This document shows positions 12,883 to 25,876 of a DNA stretch of 64,000 nucleotides, piece by piece (position 1 is the stretch's first letter; every line of letters begins with the position of its first letter). Made by a program: the position numbers and the translations under genes. This stretch comes from Podarcis liolepis. Taxonomy: Eukaryota. The notes below the pieces were generated by a model, which saw only the letters and a list, made by a program, of their open reading frames with translations, did not search any database and had not been told where the DNA came from. The stretch lies in the NCBI GenBank assembly GCA_965112155.1, contig OZ218110.1; one strand, 5' to 3'.

Positions 12883-13848
12883 TCAATGAATACAGGAACA
12901 AAACCCAAATTGGCACAATGCTTTTCTAAGAATATCCTTTACATCTTTGTTCCTTAGGCTGTATATGAAGGGATTTGCCATTGGAGTTAGAATTGTGTAC
13001 AAGAAGGAGAAAACCTTATTTAGATCTTTGAATTTACCACTTGTTGGTAAGATGTAGACAAAGGTTAAAGATCCATAGAAAACCGAAACAACAGTGAGAT
13101 GAGAAGAGCAAGTAGAAAAGGCCTTTTGCCTCCCAGTCACAGATGGGATTTTTAGGATTGTACTGATGATAAAAATGTAAGATGTTACAGTTATGAGAAA
13201 TGTGGGTAGAATTCCGATGGATGATGTTATGAATGCTGCAGTTTCAATAACCCGGGTATCACTGCAAGACAGTCTTACTACAGGTGTAAAATCACAAAAG
13301 AAATGGTCAATTTGATATTGACTGCAGAAAGTGAGCTGGGTCAACAAAGATGTTAAGATGGTTATAAGCAGCGACCCAATTAACCAGGATACTGAAACCA
13401 GCAGGATGCATGTTCTGTTGTCCATAAGTGTGACATAATGCAATGGTCTACATATGGCTAGGTAGCGATCATATGACATCACTGCCAAGAGGTAACATTC
13501 AGTAGCTCCCAAGGTGGAAAATATATGCATCTGTAGGATGCAGCCCACAAAAGAAATGGTTTTGTCCCCTGTAAGAAAACTGTTCAGCATTCTTGGTAAG
13601 ATAGTCGAGGTGTAGCATATCTCCACGAAGGACAAATTTGACAGAAAGAAATACATGGGAGTGTGAAGGTGCTGCTCAGCCATGACAAGTACAACTATGA
13701 GGAGATTACCAGACAGAGTCACAATATAGATGGCTAGAAATAACAAAAAGAGGAGTATATTCAAGTTCTCAACATTCCTAAATCCCAGGAGAATGATTTC
13801 GGTGATACCTGTTCCGTTTTGCCATTCTGAGTTTTTCAAATGCTGCAT
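12883..13848 (-). CDS. Olfactory receptor, class II, intact, 321 aa (subtype B)
   Basis: NGT sequon, LHTPMYFFLSNLS, MSYDRY, KAFSTCSSHL, PMANPFIYSLRN; ctatctatag|ATG. Confidence 0.97.
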   Translation of the reverse strand: MQHLKNSEWQNGTGITEIILLGFRNVENLNILLFLLFLAIYIVTLSGNLLIVVLVMAEQHLHTPMYFFLSNLSFVEICYTSTILPRMLNSFLTGDKTISFVGCILQMHIFSTLGATECYLLAVMSYDRYLAICRPLHYVTLMDNRTCILLVSVSWLIGSLLITILTSLLTQLTFCSQYQIDHFFCDFTPVVRLSCSDTRVIETAAFITSSIGILPTFLITVTSYIFIISTILKIPSVTGRQKAFSTCSSHLTVVSVFYGSLTFVYILPTSGKFKDLNKVFSFLYTILTPMANPFIYSLRNKDVKDILRKALCQFGFCSCIH

Positions 13849-14442
13849 CTATAGATAGGAAGTAATATACTGAGTAACTGAAAAAATAGGTTTCCACCCA
13901 CCCCCACCCCCACACAAGAATTAAGCAACCATCACTCAACACACATACACCATTGTGCCATATACACATCTTTTTTAGCAGGGCCATTTTAAATCAGCAC
14001 TTGCATTGGTTTTGCTGCATCTCTTGACAAGTTGCTATGTAATATGTTTGTTCACTTCTTATGGGCTGCAGAAAATCTGCAGAAAATTCTTGACTCTGAA
14101 GATGGGCACTTTCAAACTGCCATTATTTGGGGGGTAGGATTCAATCACTGACTGGCAAATTCAGGGTGCAAAAGTAAAAAAGAAAGAAATGGCTTGTGCT
14201 GTTGTGCAACATATCTGGCTCCCCACAAATCCACAATAAGGGGAACTGCTCTTAAATGTGTGGAATAACAATTGCAACATTGTGTAACTTCCCTGATGCT
14301 GTCTATCCTCTCTGCAAACTTTGTGCAAAGCAATCAAGATGACTCTTGGTTCTAAGTCATCTAGAAGCAACTTAAGACATGTGGAAACAGGTGTGCACTT
14401 CATAGGAAATATAGATAAGTTGGATGGGTGTAAGGTGTAAAA

Positions 14443-14580
14443 CAGGCATAGGCAAACTCCGGCCCTCCAGATGTTTTGGAACTACAATTCCCATCACCCC
14501 TGACCACTGGTCTTGTTAGCTCGGGATGATGGAAATTGTAGTTCCAAAACATATGGGGGGGCAGAGTTTGCCTATGCGTG
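14443..14580. mobile_element. hAT-family MITE
   Basis: TIRs CAGGCATAGGCAAACT / AGTTTGCCTATGCGTG (15/16 match), perfect 8-bp TSD GTGTAAAA (14435-42, 14581-88), internal palindrome. Confidence 0.88.
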
Positions 14581-14729
14581 GTGTAAAAGAAAAAGGAGGT
14601 GTGTGCATTGTAAGGAAGATTCATGATAGAAGTTTTGAGCCAATGTTAGTCTAAATGTTTTGGCTGCTGATTATTATCCCCTCCTTTTTTTAAAAAAAAA
14701 ATAATCATAGCCTCAGTTCCTTTAAACTA

Positions 14730-14965
14730 GAAATCTAACCTGCAGTGTGTTGAAAAGAGCAGGTAGATAGTAGCTTTTGCCATGGATGGGATTTTCAGGT
14801 CTGTGCTGCTGTCGAAAATAAAAGGTATCACAGTTTCAAGAAAAATAGACAGAATTCCTGTGGCTGGTGCTGTAGTTTCAATTACCCAGGTGTAATGGCA
14901 AGGACGTTTCACCATGGGTGCAAAACTGCAAAATAAATGGTTTTATATTGGCTGCAGAAAGGGAG
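14730..14965 (-). pseudogene. Degraded OR fragment (ECL2-TM6 region, subtype B-like)
   Basis: ORF-track peptide TWVIETTA..TGILSIFL.TV..FI...LKIPSM aligns to DTWVIETAAFITSSIGILPTFLITVTSYIFIISTILKIPSM of the 17767-18732 gene. Confidence 0.7.
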
Positions 14966-16278
14966 TCATGTCTTCTACAACTAACAAATAATATACTGAG
15001 TCAAGGACTCTTACGGAATTAGTCAACAGCAATCCAAAACATAAATGTTCATGTCAGATACTGTATCCATCTTTTGAACAATGTTGTTTGTTTGTTTTTT
15101 TTTTAATGCATAATTGAGTTCCCTTCTCATAAACAGTGTAAAACATAATAGAATCAAAATAAGAATTATGAAAGCATGATATTCATGGGAGAACATGGGG
15201 TGCATTGCAGGGAATAGCAGTAATAATGGGGACAGCTGGATTTCAGAAAAACATGCCAAACATTGCTGCTCTTCTCATTAACAATTGTTCCCACTGAGGA
15301 ATCTTCAATAAGATCCTAAATGAGTCAAAAAAATCCCTGGAAGGAGTAGAATTTTTAAAAATCTACTTTAAGCAATTTACCTAAAATCTGAGTGTACCTG
15401 CTTTTTCACATCCATTTCTAGAAGGTTCTTTCTTTCATGATGTTTGTAAGTCCAGGTGACGTCTTTCTGGCTTACCCATTGATATGTCCAAACTATTAAG
15501 AAGAAGGCTACGAAACACTGAATATATTCATTTGTATTTATATTTGTATCTGCACAGTCTCACAGACACATTCTCTCTCATATTCCAGGTTAATTGCATT
15601 ATTCTTTTATTCTCAGTGGGGAAAGCCAAGCAGAACACAAAAGCCCCCAAGAGCCATTGTTGATTGCAAATGAAGTTTCTATTCAAGGGAGACTATTGGT
15701 CAGGTAGGAGAGAGAGGTAGAGCATAAACACTGAGGATGAAAGAATGAACAGATATCATCTTATTATTTGTCTCACATATTTAAAATGGCAGCCCTCCAG
15801 TCAGGAGAACCAATGTTATCATAATCTAACTATGCCTAATTTTCACAGAAATATAAAATAACATGGTAGACCTATTTCTGGACTGTGTGTCCTCAGACTT
15901 CAGGTGACTTCACATGACTGTTCAAGCCAAATATCACCTGCTATCTATATTCATGAAGGGTGGGATATAAACATTATTAATAGAAATGTCCATCTATAGA
16001 TAGAGATATATTCTCTGAGCACAGAAATTTAATTAAGAATGAGCCAAAACATATCCAACCCAATTAGTTTCCACCTTTGTACGTGGCAAAAATGGCACAC
16101 CCATTTTGGACTTTTTGTTCAGGGATTAGAAATAAGCTTCTAGAACACTAGCTTGGCTTCCCAGTGGCACTGATGATGGTGCTTCTCACAGTTGCTAATG
16201 ACTAATGCTTTCCCATGGAATGTTGCTATATGGTGAATGCCATTGTTCTGAGGCGGCTCCTTCTGTGAGGGGTTCTGC

Positions 16279-16623
16279 AGCATTTTGAAGTTGCAAGAAG
16301 CCCAAATAAACATAGTGGTGCAAAGCATCCATTGATAGAAATGGTTCTGCCTCCAGTCAGAAAAGTGATCAGTATCTTTGGCATGAGAGTTGAGCTATAG
16401 CAAGTCTCCAGACAGGAGAGATTTCCCAGGAAGAAATACATGAGTGTGTGAAGATGCTGATCAAGAATCACTAGAATAATAATGAGGATGTTTCCAGCTG
16501 TGGTTATATAGGTAGAAACAATATAGCAAATAAAACTCACATATCTTCATTATTAAAGTACAAGAGGATGAATGCTATGGACTCTGTTTTATTTCCTTGT
16601 TTCTTATTGCTTTTCAGTTGCAT
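16279..16623 (-). pseudogene. Truncated, frameshifted OR relic (N-terminus to TM3, subtype A)
   Basis: AGNILIIILVILDQHLHTLMYFFLGNLSCLETCYSS...TISINGCFAPLCLFGLLATSKC, closest to the 21118-22062 gene; fused to sequence homologous to about 20340-20440. Confidence 0.88.
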
Positions 16624-17766
16624 CTAAATAAATCAGATGATATCTAGAAAAAATTAAGACTTGAATATTTGATGCGGAAATCACTGTAATTCATAGGGTA
16701 ATATAAATGACATATCAAAAGATTTTTGTTTTCAAGTAACCCATTTTAAAGAGACATACAAAATTATGCTTTTATACTTTCAGCAGTTCTCGTTTTAATA
16801 AGATGCCTTGAGTCCCATCAAGGAAAAAGACAGGGAATAAATAAATAAGTAAATAAAAGAATAATAGCTTTCCACCACAAGAATGAGTTTCAAAGATTTA
16901 CTGGAAACAGCCTTAAAATATTTACAAAGAAACAATACAAAATCCAAAGTAATGCATTGCTCTTTAACAGCAGTTGAGGAGAGTAAAGTGAGCTTCAGTC
17001 TATTTTAAGTTGATGCTGAGGCCTTACCTGGGTGATCAAAGTTTGTTCCAACACGAATCACATGGTTGCCCTTGGTTTTAGAACAAAACAACTACTGTAA
17101 TCCTAAGTGGACAGCATCCAGTCTAAAATTGCTGCTAAGTATTGGAATAACTGTCAAATAGTGATTTTATGGGTATATGATTATTTAAAACCATTCAGTC
17201 AATAGTTATCTTGTTTAAGGCATACAATATTGTATAATGCATTTTATACAATTTTTCAATACATTGTGATCATATATAATATACACAATCAGCAAATCAA
17301 TATACAAGGTTTTTGAGATATATAAAATGTAACAGCACATAGACAGTATCCATTAACAGCAAAATAAGAGTAGAGGCATATTCATCATGGTTTGTATCCA
17401 TCTAAGAGCAGATCCACACCGAACATTCAAAACGCATCCAAAGTACACTTAAAGCACATGGTTTCTGCCAGAAAATTCTGGGAAATGTATTTGTTAAAAA
17501 TGCAGAGAATTGTATCTCTGTAAATGGAAAAATGCAGTTCCCAAGGCTCTTTCGGGGAAAACATGTACCTTAAATATATGATATGGGTAGGCCCTTAGTC
17601 ACAATCATAGCAGACCTATTAAAATTGATGGATTTAATTAGTCTTGTCCATGGATTTCAATGTATCTATGACTTAGTTGGATTCAAACCCATTCATGTAA
17701 TTAAACACACAGATGTAAATAACAGATCTCTGTTACACCAGTCCTTATTTCTAGGATTCTCTGATA

Positions 17767-18732
17767 TCAATGAATACAAGAAAAAAACCCAAATTGGCAC
17801 AATGCTTTTCTAAGGGTGTCCTTTACATCTTTGTTCCTTAGGCTGTATATGAAGGGATTGGCCATTGGAGTTAGGATTGTGTACAAGAAGGAGAAAACCT
17901 TATTTAGTTCTTTGAATTTACCAGTTGTTGGTAAGATGTAGACAAACATTAAAGATCCATAGAAAACCGAAACAACGGTGAGATGAGAAGAGCAGGTGGA
18001 AAAGGCCTTTTGCCTCCCAGTCATAGATGGGATTTTTAGGATTGTACTGATGATAAAAATGTAAGATGTTACAGTTATGAGAAATGTGGGTAGAATTCCG
18101 ATGGATGATGTTATGAAAGCAGCAGTTTCAATAACCCAGGTGTCACTGCAAGACAGTCTTACTAAAGGTGTAAAATCACAAAAGAAATGGTCAATTTGAT
18201 ATTGACTGCAGAAAGTGAGCTGGGTCAACAAAGATGTTAAGATGGTTATAAGCAGCGATCCAATTAACCAGGAGACTGAAACCAGCAGGATGCATGTTCT
18301 GTTGTCCATAAGCGTGACATAATGCAATGGTCTACATATGGCTAGGTAGCGATCATATGACATCACTGCCAAGAGGTAACATTCAGTAGCTGCCAGGGTG
18401 GAAAATATATGCATCTGTAAGATGCAGCCCACAATAGAAATGGTTTTGTCCCCTGTAAGAAAACTGTTCAGCATTCTGGGTAAGATATTTGAGGTGTAGC
18501 ATATTTCCACAAATGATAAATTTGACAGAAAGAAATACATGGGAGTGTGAAGGTGCTGCTCAGCCATGACAAGTGCAACTATGAGGAGATTACCAGACAG
18601 AGTCACAATATAGATGACTAGAAATAACAAGAAGAGGAGTATATTCACATTTTCAACATTCCTAAATCCAAGGAGAAGGAATTCGGTGATACCTGTTACG
18701 TTTTGCCATTCTGAGTTTTTCAAATGCTGCAT
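17767..18732 (-). CDS. Olfactory receptor, class II, intact, 321 aa (subtype B)
   Basis: All OR motifs present; close paralog of 12883-13848. Confidence 0.97.
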   Translation of the reverse strand: MQHLKNSEWQNVTGITEFLLLGFRNVENVNILLFLLFLVIYIVTLSGNLLIVALVMAEQHLHTPMYFFLSNLSFVEICYTSNILPRMLNSFLTGDKTISIVGCILQMHIFSTLAATECYLLAVMSYDRYLAICRPLHYVTLMDNRTCILLVSVSWLIGSLLITILTSLLTQLTFCSQYQIDHFFCDFTPLVRLSCSDTWVIETAAFITSSIGILPTFLITVTSYIFIISTILKIPSMTGRQKAFSTCSSHLTVVSVFYGSLMFVYILPTTGKFKELNKVFSFLYTILTPMANPFIYSLRNKDVKDTLRKALCQFGFFSCIH

Positions 18733-21117
18733 CTATAGATAGGAAGTAATATACTGAGTAATTGAAAAAATAGGTTTCCACCCACCCCCATCCCCACAAA
18801 AGAATTAAGCAACCATCACTCAACACACATACACCATTGTGCCATATACACGTAATTGAAGTCATTGAAAAATTAGGTTCCCCCCCATCCCCACACAAGA
18901 ATTAAGCAACCATCACTCAGCACACATACACCAGTGCTTGCATTGTTTTTGCTGCATCTATTAACAAGTTGCTATGTAATGTGTGTTTTTTCACTTCTCG
19001 TGAGCTGCAGAAAATCCTTGACTCAGAAGAAAGGCACTGTCAAACTGCCACTATTCTGGAGGAGGTTCAATCACTGACAGGAAAATTCAGGGTGCAAAAG
19101 TGAAAAAGAAAATTGGTTGTGCAACAGATCTGCTTCCCTACAAATCCACAATAGGAGGAACTGCACTTAAAAGTGTGGGATAAAAATAAATTATTTTATA
19201 TTGGCTCTAGAAAGAGAGTCATGTTTTCTATAAGCAAAAGGTAACATACTGAGTCAGAGATCCTTAAAAATTAGTCAAAAAAATAAATATTCATGTCTGA
19301 TATCCATATTTTGAACAATGTTGTATGGTATAAAATTTGCAAAATTCTCCCTCTTATAAGCAGTGGAAAATCTAATTGAATAAAATTAAAAATTGTGAAA
19401 CCCTGCGAATACTGGGAGAGAACTGGGTGCATTGCAAGGTAATCTGTAATAATGGTGAGCTTGCTATCGGGAAAACTTGCCTTTCTTTTCATTATGGATT
19501 GTTCCCATTGAAGAATTATCAACAAGATCCTAAATGAATCAAAAATTCCTGGAATGAATGTGAAAATTGGGGGGGGGGGGTACCTAAAGCAATTTCCCCC
19601 AAAATCTCAGTGTACCTGCTGCTGAGGGCAACACGTTTTCAAATCCATTTCTAGAAGGTTCTTTGTTTCATGATGTTTGAAAGGCCAGGTAACATCATTG
19701 ATCTGTTTGTACTATAAAGAAGGCTCTGAAACGCTGAATATATTAATTTGTATTTATATTTGTATCTGCACAGTCTCACAGACACATTCTTTCTCATATT
19801 CCAGGTTAATTACATCATTCTTTTATTCTCAGTGGGAAAAGCTAAGCAGAACACAAAAGCCCCCAAGAACCATTGTTGACTGCAAATGAAGTTTCCACCC
19901 AAGGGAGACCACTGGTCAGGTGGGAGAGAGAGGCAGAGCATAAACATGTAGAATGAAAGAATGAACAGATATCATCTCATTATTTCTCTCACATGTTTGA
20001 AATGGCAGTCCTTCAGCCAGGAGAACTGATCTTATCATAATATAACTTACACCTAGTTCTCACAGAAATATAAAATGAAATGGTAAATCTATTTTTAGAC
20101 TGTTTACCCCAAACCTCAAGTCTGGGCTCACATGAAAGCATTCCAGATCCCACCTGCTTTCTTTATTCATGAAGGGTTGTATATAAACATTATTAATAAA
20201 TAAGTTTATCTATAGAAATACATTCTCTGATCACAGAAATTTAGCATGTCAAGTAGAAACATATAATTAAGAGCCTAAACATATCCACCCCAATTAGTTT
20301 CCACATTTGTACGTGGCAAAACTGGAACACCCATTTCATATATTTTGGGGGTGATGTTTTTCCTCACAGAACTAATGACTGGTGCTTTTCCATAGAATGA
20401 TGCTATATAATGATGGGCATTGCTTTGAGGGGACTCCTAGTGGGAGGGAATCTGGTATCAAGAAACAAGTGTTGGCAAAAACAACCAAAACAAATGCTTG
20501 TGTTGAAGTTTCAGAACAATTTTCACTCCCGTTTATTCATCCCAACTCAGAAAAGAATGAGTTAAACTTTCAGTCTAGTGCACATTAATTTCAGCGTAGG
20601 TTAACATCTCACTATTCTGCTTGACAGCCCAGTTTTCTGTGTGCATGGAATTTATATTGTATTATTGAACATTGTGTCATTTGCGACTGCTCCTGCTGTT
20701 TAGGCTGGCATAGTCCAGAAATGGCTTTACTGTCTCCTCAGTAAGGAGTGGGCTTGAAGGAGAGATTGTGAAAGTCATACTAGTGGCTGGCATATGAGAG
20801 GATTTGAGTCCTACTGTCGGTTGAGGCTTACTTCAGAATTCAGAATAGGGAAGGATGAAAAAATTGTTTGGTCTGCTCTTCACAATGAAAATATTTTGTG
20901 TTTCCAAATGTGATTGTGGATAAGAATGCAACTCACATGCTTCTCTAGATTTTGCAGTGCAGTTTCAATGAGAAAAAGCATATGCAAAAGATACCTACTT
21001 GATTAAGATTTCAACTAAATACATCATGTGGATATAATAGAAGACAATGAAAAACATTGAAATAGTTAAATCTATGTTAATGAAGCATCCTCATCATCCC
21101 CCACATTATCCTCAATC

Positions 21118-22062
21118 TTAATGAATTCTATGAATCATCTTAAATAAAGTATTCTTTATTGCTTCCTTCACTTCTTTGTTCCTCAAACTGTATACAAGGG
21201 GGTTGACCAGTGGGGTGAGCAAAGTATAGAACAGAGAGAATACTTTCTTCAACTCACTCAGATAACTCTTGTTTGGTAATACATAGACTATCATCAGGGA
21301 GCCATAGAAGCAAGCAACCACTGTCAGGTGAGAGGAACATGTAGAAAATGCTTTTTGTTTCCCAGTGGTGGATGGGATCCTTAAAATGCTCTTGATAATA
21401 CAAACATAAGATGCCACGGTTATTAAAAGAGGGGGCAGAGTGCCTATGGAGGAGAAAATGAAGGCTGTCATTTCAGCCACTTTGGTGTCATCGCAGGAAA
21501 GTCTTATCAATGGGGTGAAATCACAGAAGAAATGGTTTATTTTGTTGGCCCCACAGAAACCCAGGTGAGATACCAAGAATATCATGACATTGATAGGTAG
21601 TGACCCACTGATCCATGATCCAGCAATCAGCAGAAAGCAAATTCTTCCATTCATGAGTATTGCATAATGCAATGGCTTACATATTGCTAAGTAGCGATCG
21701 TAAGACATCACTGCTAGAAAGTAGCATTCTGTAGTTGCAAGAAGCCCAAAGAAATATAGCTGTGCAAAACATCCATTAATAGAAATGGTTCTGTCTCCAG
21801 TCAGAAAACTGACCAGCATCCTCGGCATGACAGTTGAGCTGTAACAAGTCTCCAGGCATGACAGGTTTCCCAGGAAGAAATACATGGGTGTGTGAAGATG
21901 CTGATCAAGAATCACTAGAATAATAATGAGGATGTTTCCAGCCATGGTTGCAAGGTAGACTGGTAGAAACAGTATGAAAAGTAGTATCGGTGCATCATCA
22001 CTATTGAAGTCCAGGAGAATAAATGCCACAGGGGCTGTCTGATTTCCTTCTTTTCGTTTCAT
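21118..22062 (-). CDS. Olfactory receptor, class II, intact, 314 aa (subtype A)
   Basis: All OR motifs present; NQT sequon; the paralogous start position reads ATA and an ATG lies four codons later. Confidence 0.95.
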   Translation of the reverse strand: MKRKEGNQTAPVAFILLDFNSDDAPILLFILFLPVYLATMAGNILIIILVILDQHLHTPMYFFLGNLSCLETCYSSTVMPRMLVSFLTGDRTISINGCFAQLYFFGLLATTECYFLAVMSYDRYLAICKPLHYAILMNGRICFLLIAGSWISGSLPINVMIFLVSHLGFCGANKINHFFCDFTPLIRLSCDDTKVAEMTAFIFSSIGTLPPLLITVASYVCIIKSILRIPSTTGKQKAFSTCSSHLTVVACFYGSLMIVYVLPNKSYLSELKKVFSLFYTLLTPLVNPLVYSLRNKEVKEAIKNTLFKMIHRIH

Positions 22063-22917
22063 GTTGAGGTGTATCTAAATAACATCAGGCAGTGTTAATA
22101 AAGCTTTGCACTTGTAGAACCAATGCAGGAGTTTCTGTAACTCAGCTGAGCAAACCACATTATATATAGGTTAAATAAACAATTCTACTATATTATGAAG
22201 TTGACATTCAAATGAGCACAACATGTAATTATTTGCTAAGACTGTATTCCTGTCAATGCATAGAAACTTTGCAGGTGGGATCACATTAGAAGAGAAAAGT
22301 CTCCCTGTTTCTACTCAGCACCTATTGAGGGTGATTTCATTTCATTTATTTTACAAAAGAAACACTGCATTTCAACTGCATTCAGTCCTTTAACATTATG
22401 TGCAGTTAAAGGCCAAAGACAACAATCCAAATAAATTGATGTTTACATTTGAGGATGGGATTTGTGGAAAATTCTCAATGTTCTTTGCTTTCAGTGTTAG
22501 TTTCACCAAAAAAATGTGTAACTCATTGGTTTCTCAGGGATATTTCTACCAAATATAGCTCACATACATTAGTCAGCCGAACAGATAAAGGGCTGCTTTC
22601 AAGTTCATGGGTGAGGCAAAACTTATGTGAATGCTATGCATCAGCTGCTTCAATTTCTATGCTGGCAGCAACTAAAGTAAATAGTATGTTTGTATGGATA
22701 ATTTCAATAAAGGAGCTTACATAGCTCATCTGTGCAAGCTCTGTATTAAACAATACAGCAGCATGTAAGAGCTCACCAGTATCTAGACACACAAATCCAT
22801 ATGCACATTTAGAGACATCTTAATTTCTAATATCATGCAGAATTGATCTCATTGGCAAGCAGTTGGCAACAAATATAATGCAGTATGAAATAAAAGAGAG
22901 GGTGAAGTTCTGCCAAT

Positions 22918-23680
22918 TGTGTGACCAGGCAGTGACAGCCCCAGCCCCCAGGGACCATAAGGAAAGAATAAAGACTCTGATGATGTTATATGGAATTACA
23001 ATTAGGCTACAACTTTATTAAACTTCTGAATGTAGGAAGACCTTGGCTTAGGCTGTGGGTGTGTATCCCTCCCAACCCCCCAGCCAGGGGGAGCTGGGGC
23101 TCATCAGGGTAAATGGGATATGGGGGTGCTCTGCAAGACATAAGTGTAGCAGGCAGCCCAGCCCATATTCCCGCATGCAGGGTAGTTTACTGACAACCTT
23201 TCAGTGGCCAGTGACACCCATTATATATAACCCCTTTAAGAGGAGACCCTGGAATTGCCGCTGCAGGGGGGAGTGAATCACCACTTCACGCCCTCCCCCC
23301 ATACAGGGAAGAAAAGACTAAAGGATTCCACCCAAGGCCATAACCGCCAAAGTTGTGACGAACTGCTACAGGGAAGACGAAACCTGCCAATGCAGGAAAA
23401 TTTCTTCCCGGTCCTTCAACAGCAACCAGTCAAAGACCGTAGCAGCGCCCGCTAAACAGGAAGAAAAAGTTAACCTGCAAACAAGAGAACATTAAACTAA
23501 GGGAGGGTAGAGAGGGTGAATCTCCTAAGCCGACTGCCTGGATACTGTTGGCTCCACCTCCCAGCAATGAAACTTGACTACAGAAGCTGGGCATGAACCT
23601 CCAAAGATTAACACTGAGAGGCAGGCCAGTCCCTGTTTGCCAGTAAGTTCCCTGGGAACTGTAGCACCGTGCGCAATCCT
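22918..23680 (-). mobile_element. DIRS/Ngaro- or LTR-like non-coding retroelement remnant
   Basis: Shares AATAAAGTTGTRGCC and the stem-loop/CGTCACAACTT motif with elements at 26.1, 33.4 and 38.2 kb; boundaries approximate; family call is from recognition only. Confidence 0.5.
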
Positions 23681-24138
23681 GTAAAGGGCTCCCACTATGT
23701 AAAGTGTGAGTGCTCACTATCAAACTTAAGAATTGTCTGATAAAAGAGCCTAAATGATTGAAAATGCATACTTGTTCACCAACAGACTCAAAAACTACTA
23801 GGAACACCTCCAGATGACCTATTTGCTGAGTATTCATCCTAATTTGTTTGCACATAGTTTATTCAGGGTTGGATTTATTGAGCATTTGTTCTCATTTGTT
23901 TGTCAGGCTGTAATAAAACAATGAATGTTCACCTTGATTTCCTGTTAATAATTAATTCATCAAAATATTGGTCTATTACTCCATTGTCAAACTATAAAAC
24001 CAGTTGAAAACCGTAGAACTCAATGTCAGTTTTCATGATGTTTCTGCATCTTGAAAGTGAGCATTTCTGATTACATTTTCTCTGTGCATCCATTTAATGA
24101 ATGAACAGCTACAAGGGCTTGTGTGTTTTTCTGTACAC

Positions 24139-24159
24139 GTGTGTGTGTGTCTGTGTGAC

Positions 24160-24204
<45 letters not shown>

Positions 24205-24211
24205 CGCGCGC
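24139..24211. repeat. Compound (GT)n/(GA)n/(GC)6 microsatellite
   Basis: Read directly from the sequence. Confidence 0.95.
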
Positions 24212-25736
24212 ACTGGACTGGAAAGATGATAAACAAAATGTGAAAAGAGAAATATGAAAACTGTAGTCAGTCACTATGATTATTGCATGACATTCCTGTG
24301 ACTGGAGTCAAGATTGTGCCTGAGCATGATCTGCTGCCCAGTCTTGCTGCTATTGATGCTGCTGCAGTCTCACACCTCTCCTGCCTCTAGCATTGAGTAC
24401 CTGGTTCCTATGTTTGTGTGTAAGAGCAGTCTGAGATATTACCTGTTTTCATCCTGATGCTCTGTCAAATAAAACTATTTAATTTAAACAGCTGAAATCT
24501 AAATGGGAATTGAAAAATAAATATAAAAGAATACTTCACCCAGGCTGTGATCAGGTCACAGGCAAAGAGTGTTCAGGAATCCTGGAGCATGGGAATAGTT
24601 GGACACATAACATAATTTCTGTTGATCTTCATCAGTTGTATGTTAGGTAGAAGCCATTATATTAGTGAAACATCATTATATCCAACACTTCAAAGCTGTC
24701 TAGGTGTCTCTGACACCTTGACAATCTTGCCCTATACTGAAAATGTGGATGAATGTTTTGCGAGATCCCTCCCCCTGCATAATACAATTCATCTATAGGT
24801 CATATATATATATATCCAAACCAATTAATCAACCTGAAAAAAATCTCAGTAAGAAATGTAAAAGAAGAAGAAAACACTAAAACCATAAGGGAAATTAATG
24901 AGTAAAGTAGAAATTCCTAACAATCAAGAATCAACAAAGGCAAGAAAAAAATAGAAGACACTCAAGGGAGGGAGAGCAATAAGTGCACTTAAGATAATGA
25001 GGAAAAATGTATTACTATGTATGTTTGGGGTGAGTGGGGGGTATATGAATGAAAGAAAGAGATGCGTCTGAGGGGAAAACAAGGGGGTGCATACCCCTAA
25101 ATATTTTGTGAATCTTTGTACTTTTGTCCATTTAATGCATTTATTTTTCCTGATTTGAACTATAAAATGAGAGAACTCCTAAACATTTTTTGAGGGGGGG
25201 GGAAGCACTCATGAGGGGTTTCATGTAACTCACCCTGACAGCTTTCCTTGAAGGGTTAAGAGGGAATAAAATGGTCAACTAAAAAGGAATGAGGTAAGCA
25301 AAAAGCAAAAACTCACATGAGGAGTCCTCTAGCAATCCAGTAAAAAGTTCAGGTGGTTAGCAATGGAAGACCAAGGCAGCAACAGCAAACTTTGCTGGTT
25401 GTAAGCAAGCAATATTTGTGACATTGCATGGTCATGGGATACATTCACCGAGGCATCCATCCTAGCTTCTGATTTCACAATTCTGTGGCAACATGCCATA
25501 GTTTTAACTCTCATCTTAAAATGGCAGGTTGCCCCCCCTTTTCTTTCTTATCATTGGATTATTTAGACATGAAGAAGAAAATTATGTGATCTGGCTGAGA
25601 GTGCAACAAATGTGATATTTACATGACCAAAAAATCCAATAAATAGGTCATGAGAATACTGGTAAATTCTATAGCTATTTCCAGATAATTTTATTTTACC
25701 AAACAAGTTTTTCTGTAGCTGACTTGTAGCTAAACA

Positions 25737-25876
25737 GTAGATAGGTAGCCGTGTTGGTCTGCCATAGTCAAAATAAAAAATTCCTTCCAGTAGCACCTTA
25801 AAGACCAACTAAGTTAGTTCTAAGAACTAACTTAGTTGGTCTTTAAGGTGCTACTGGAAGGAATTTTTTATTTTGA
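25737..25876. mobile_element. Palindromic insertion, probably a Penelope-like element terminus
   Basis: Perfect 54-bp inverted arms (25768-25821, 25823-25876) and a 13-bp direct repeat TTGTAGCTAAACA (25724-36, 25877-89); gtagccgtgttggtctg...gcaccttaaagaccaac resembles reptile Penelope ends. Confidence 0.75.

Noticed and set aside
18785-18935. ~50-bp local duplication upstream of the 18732 OR
   Set aside because: Simple intronic duplication relative to the paralog; no functional signal seen.
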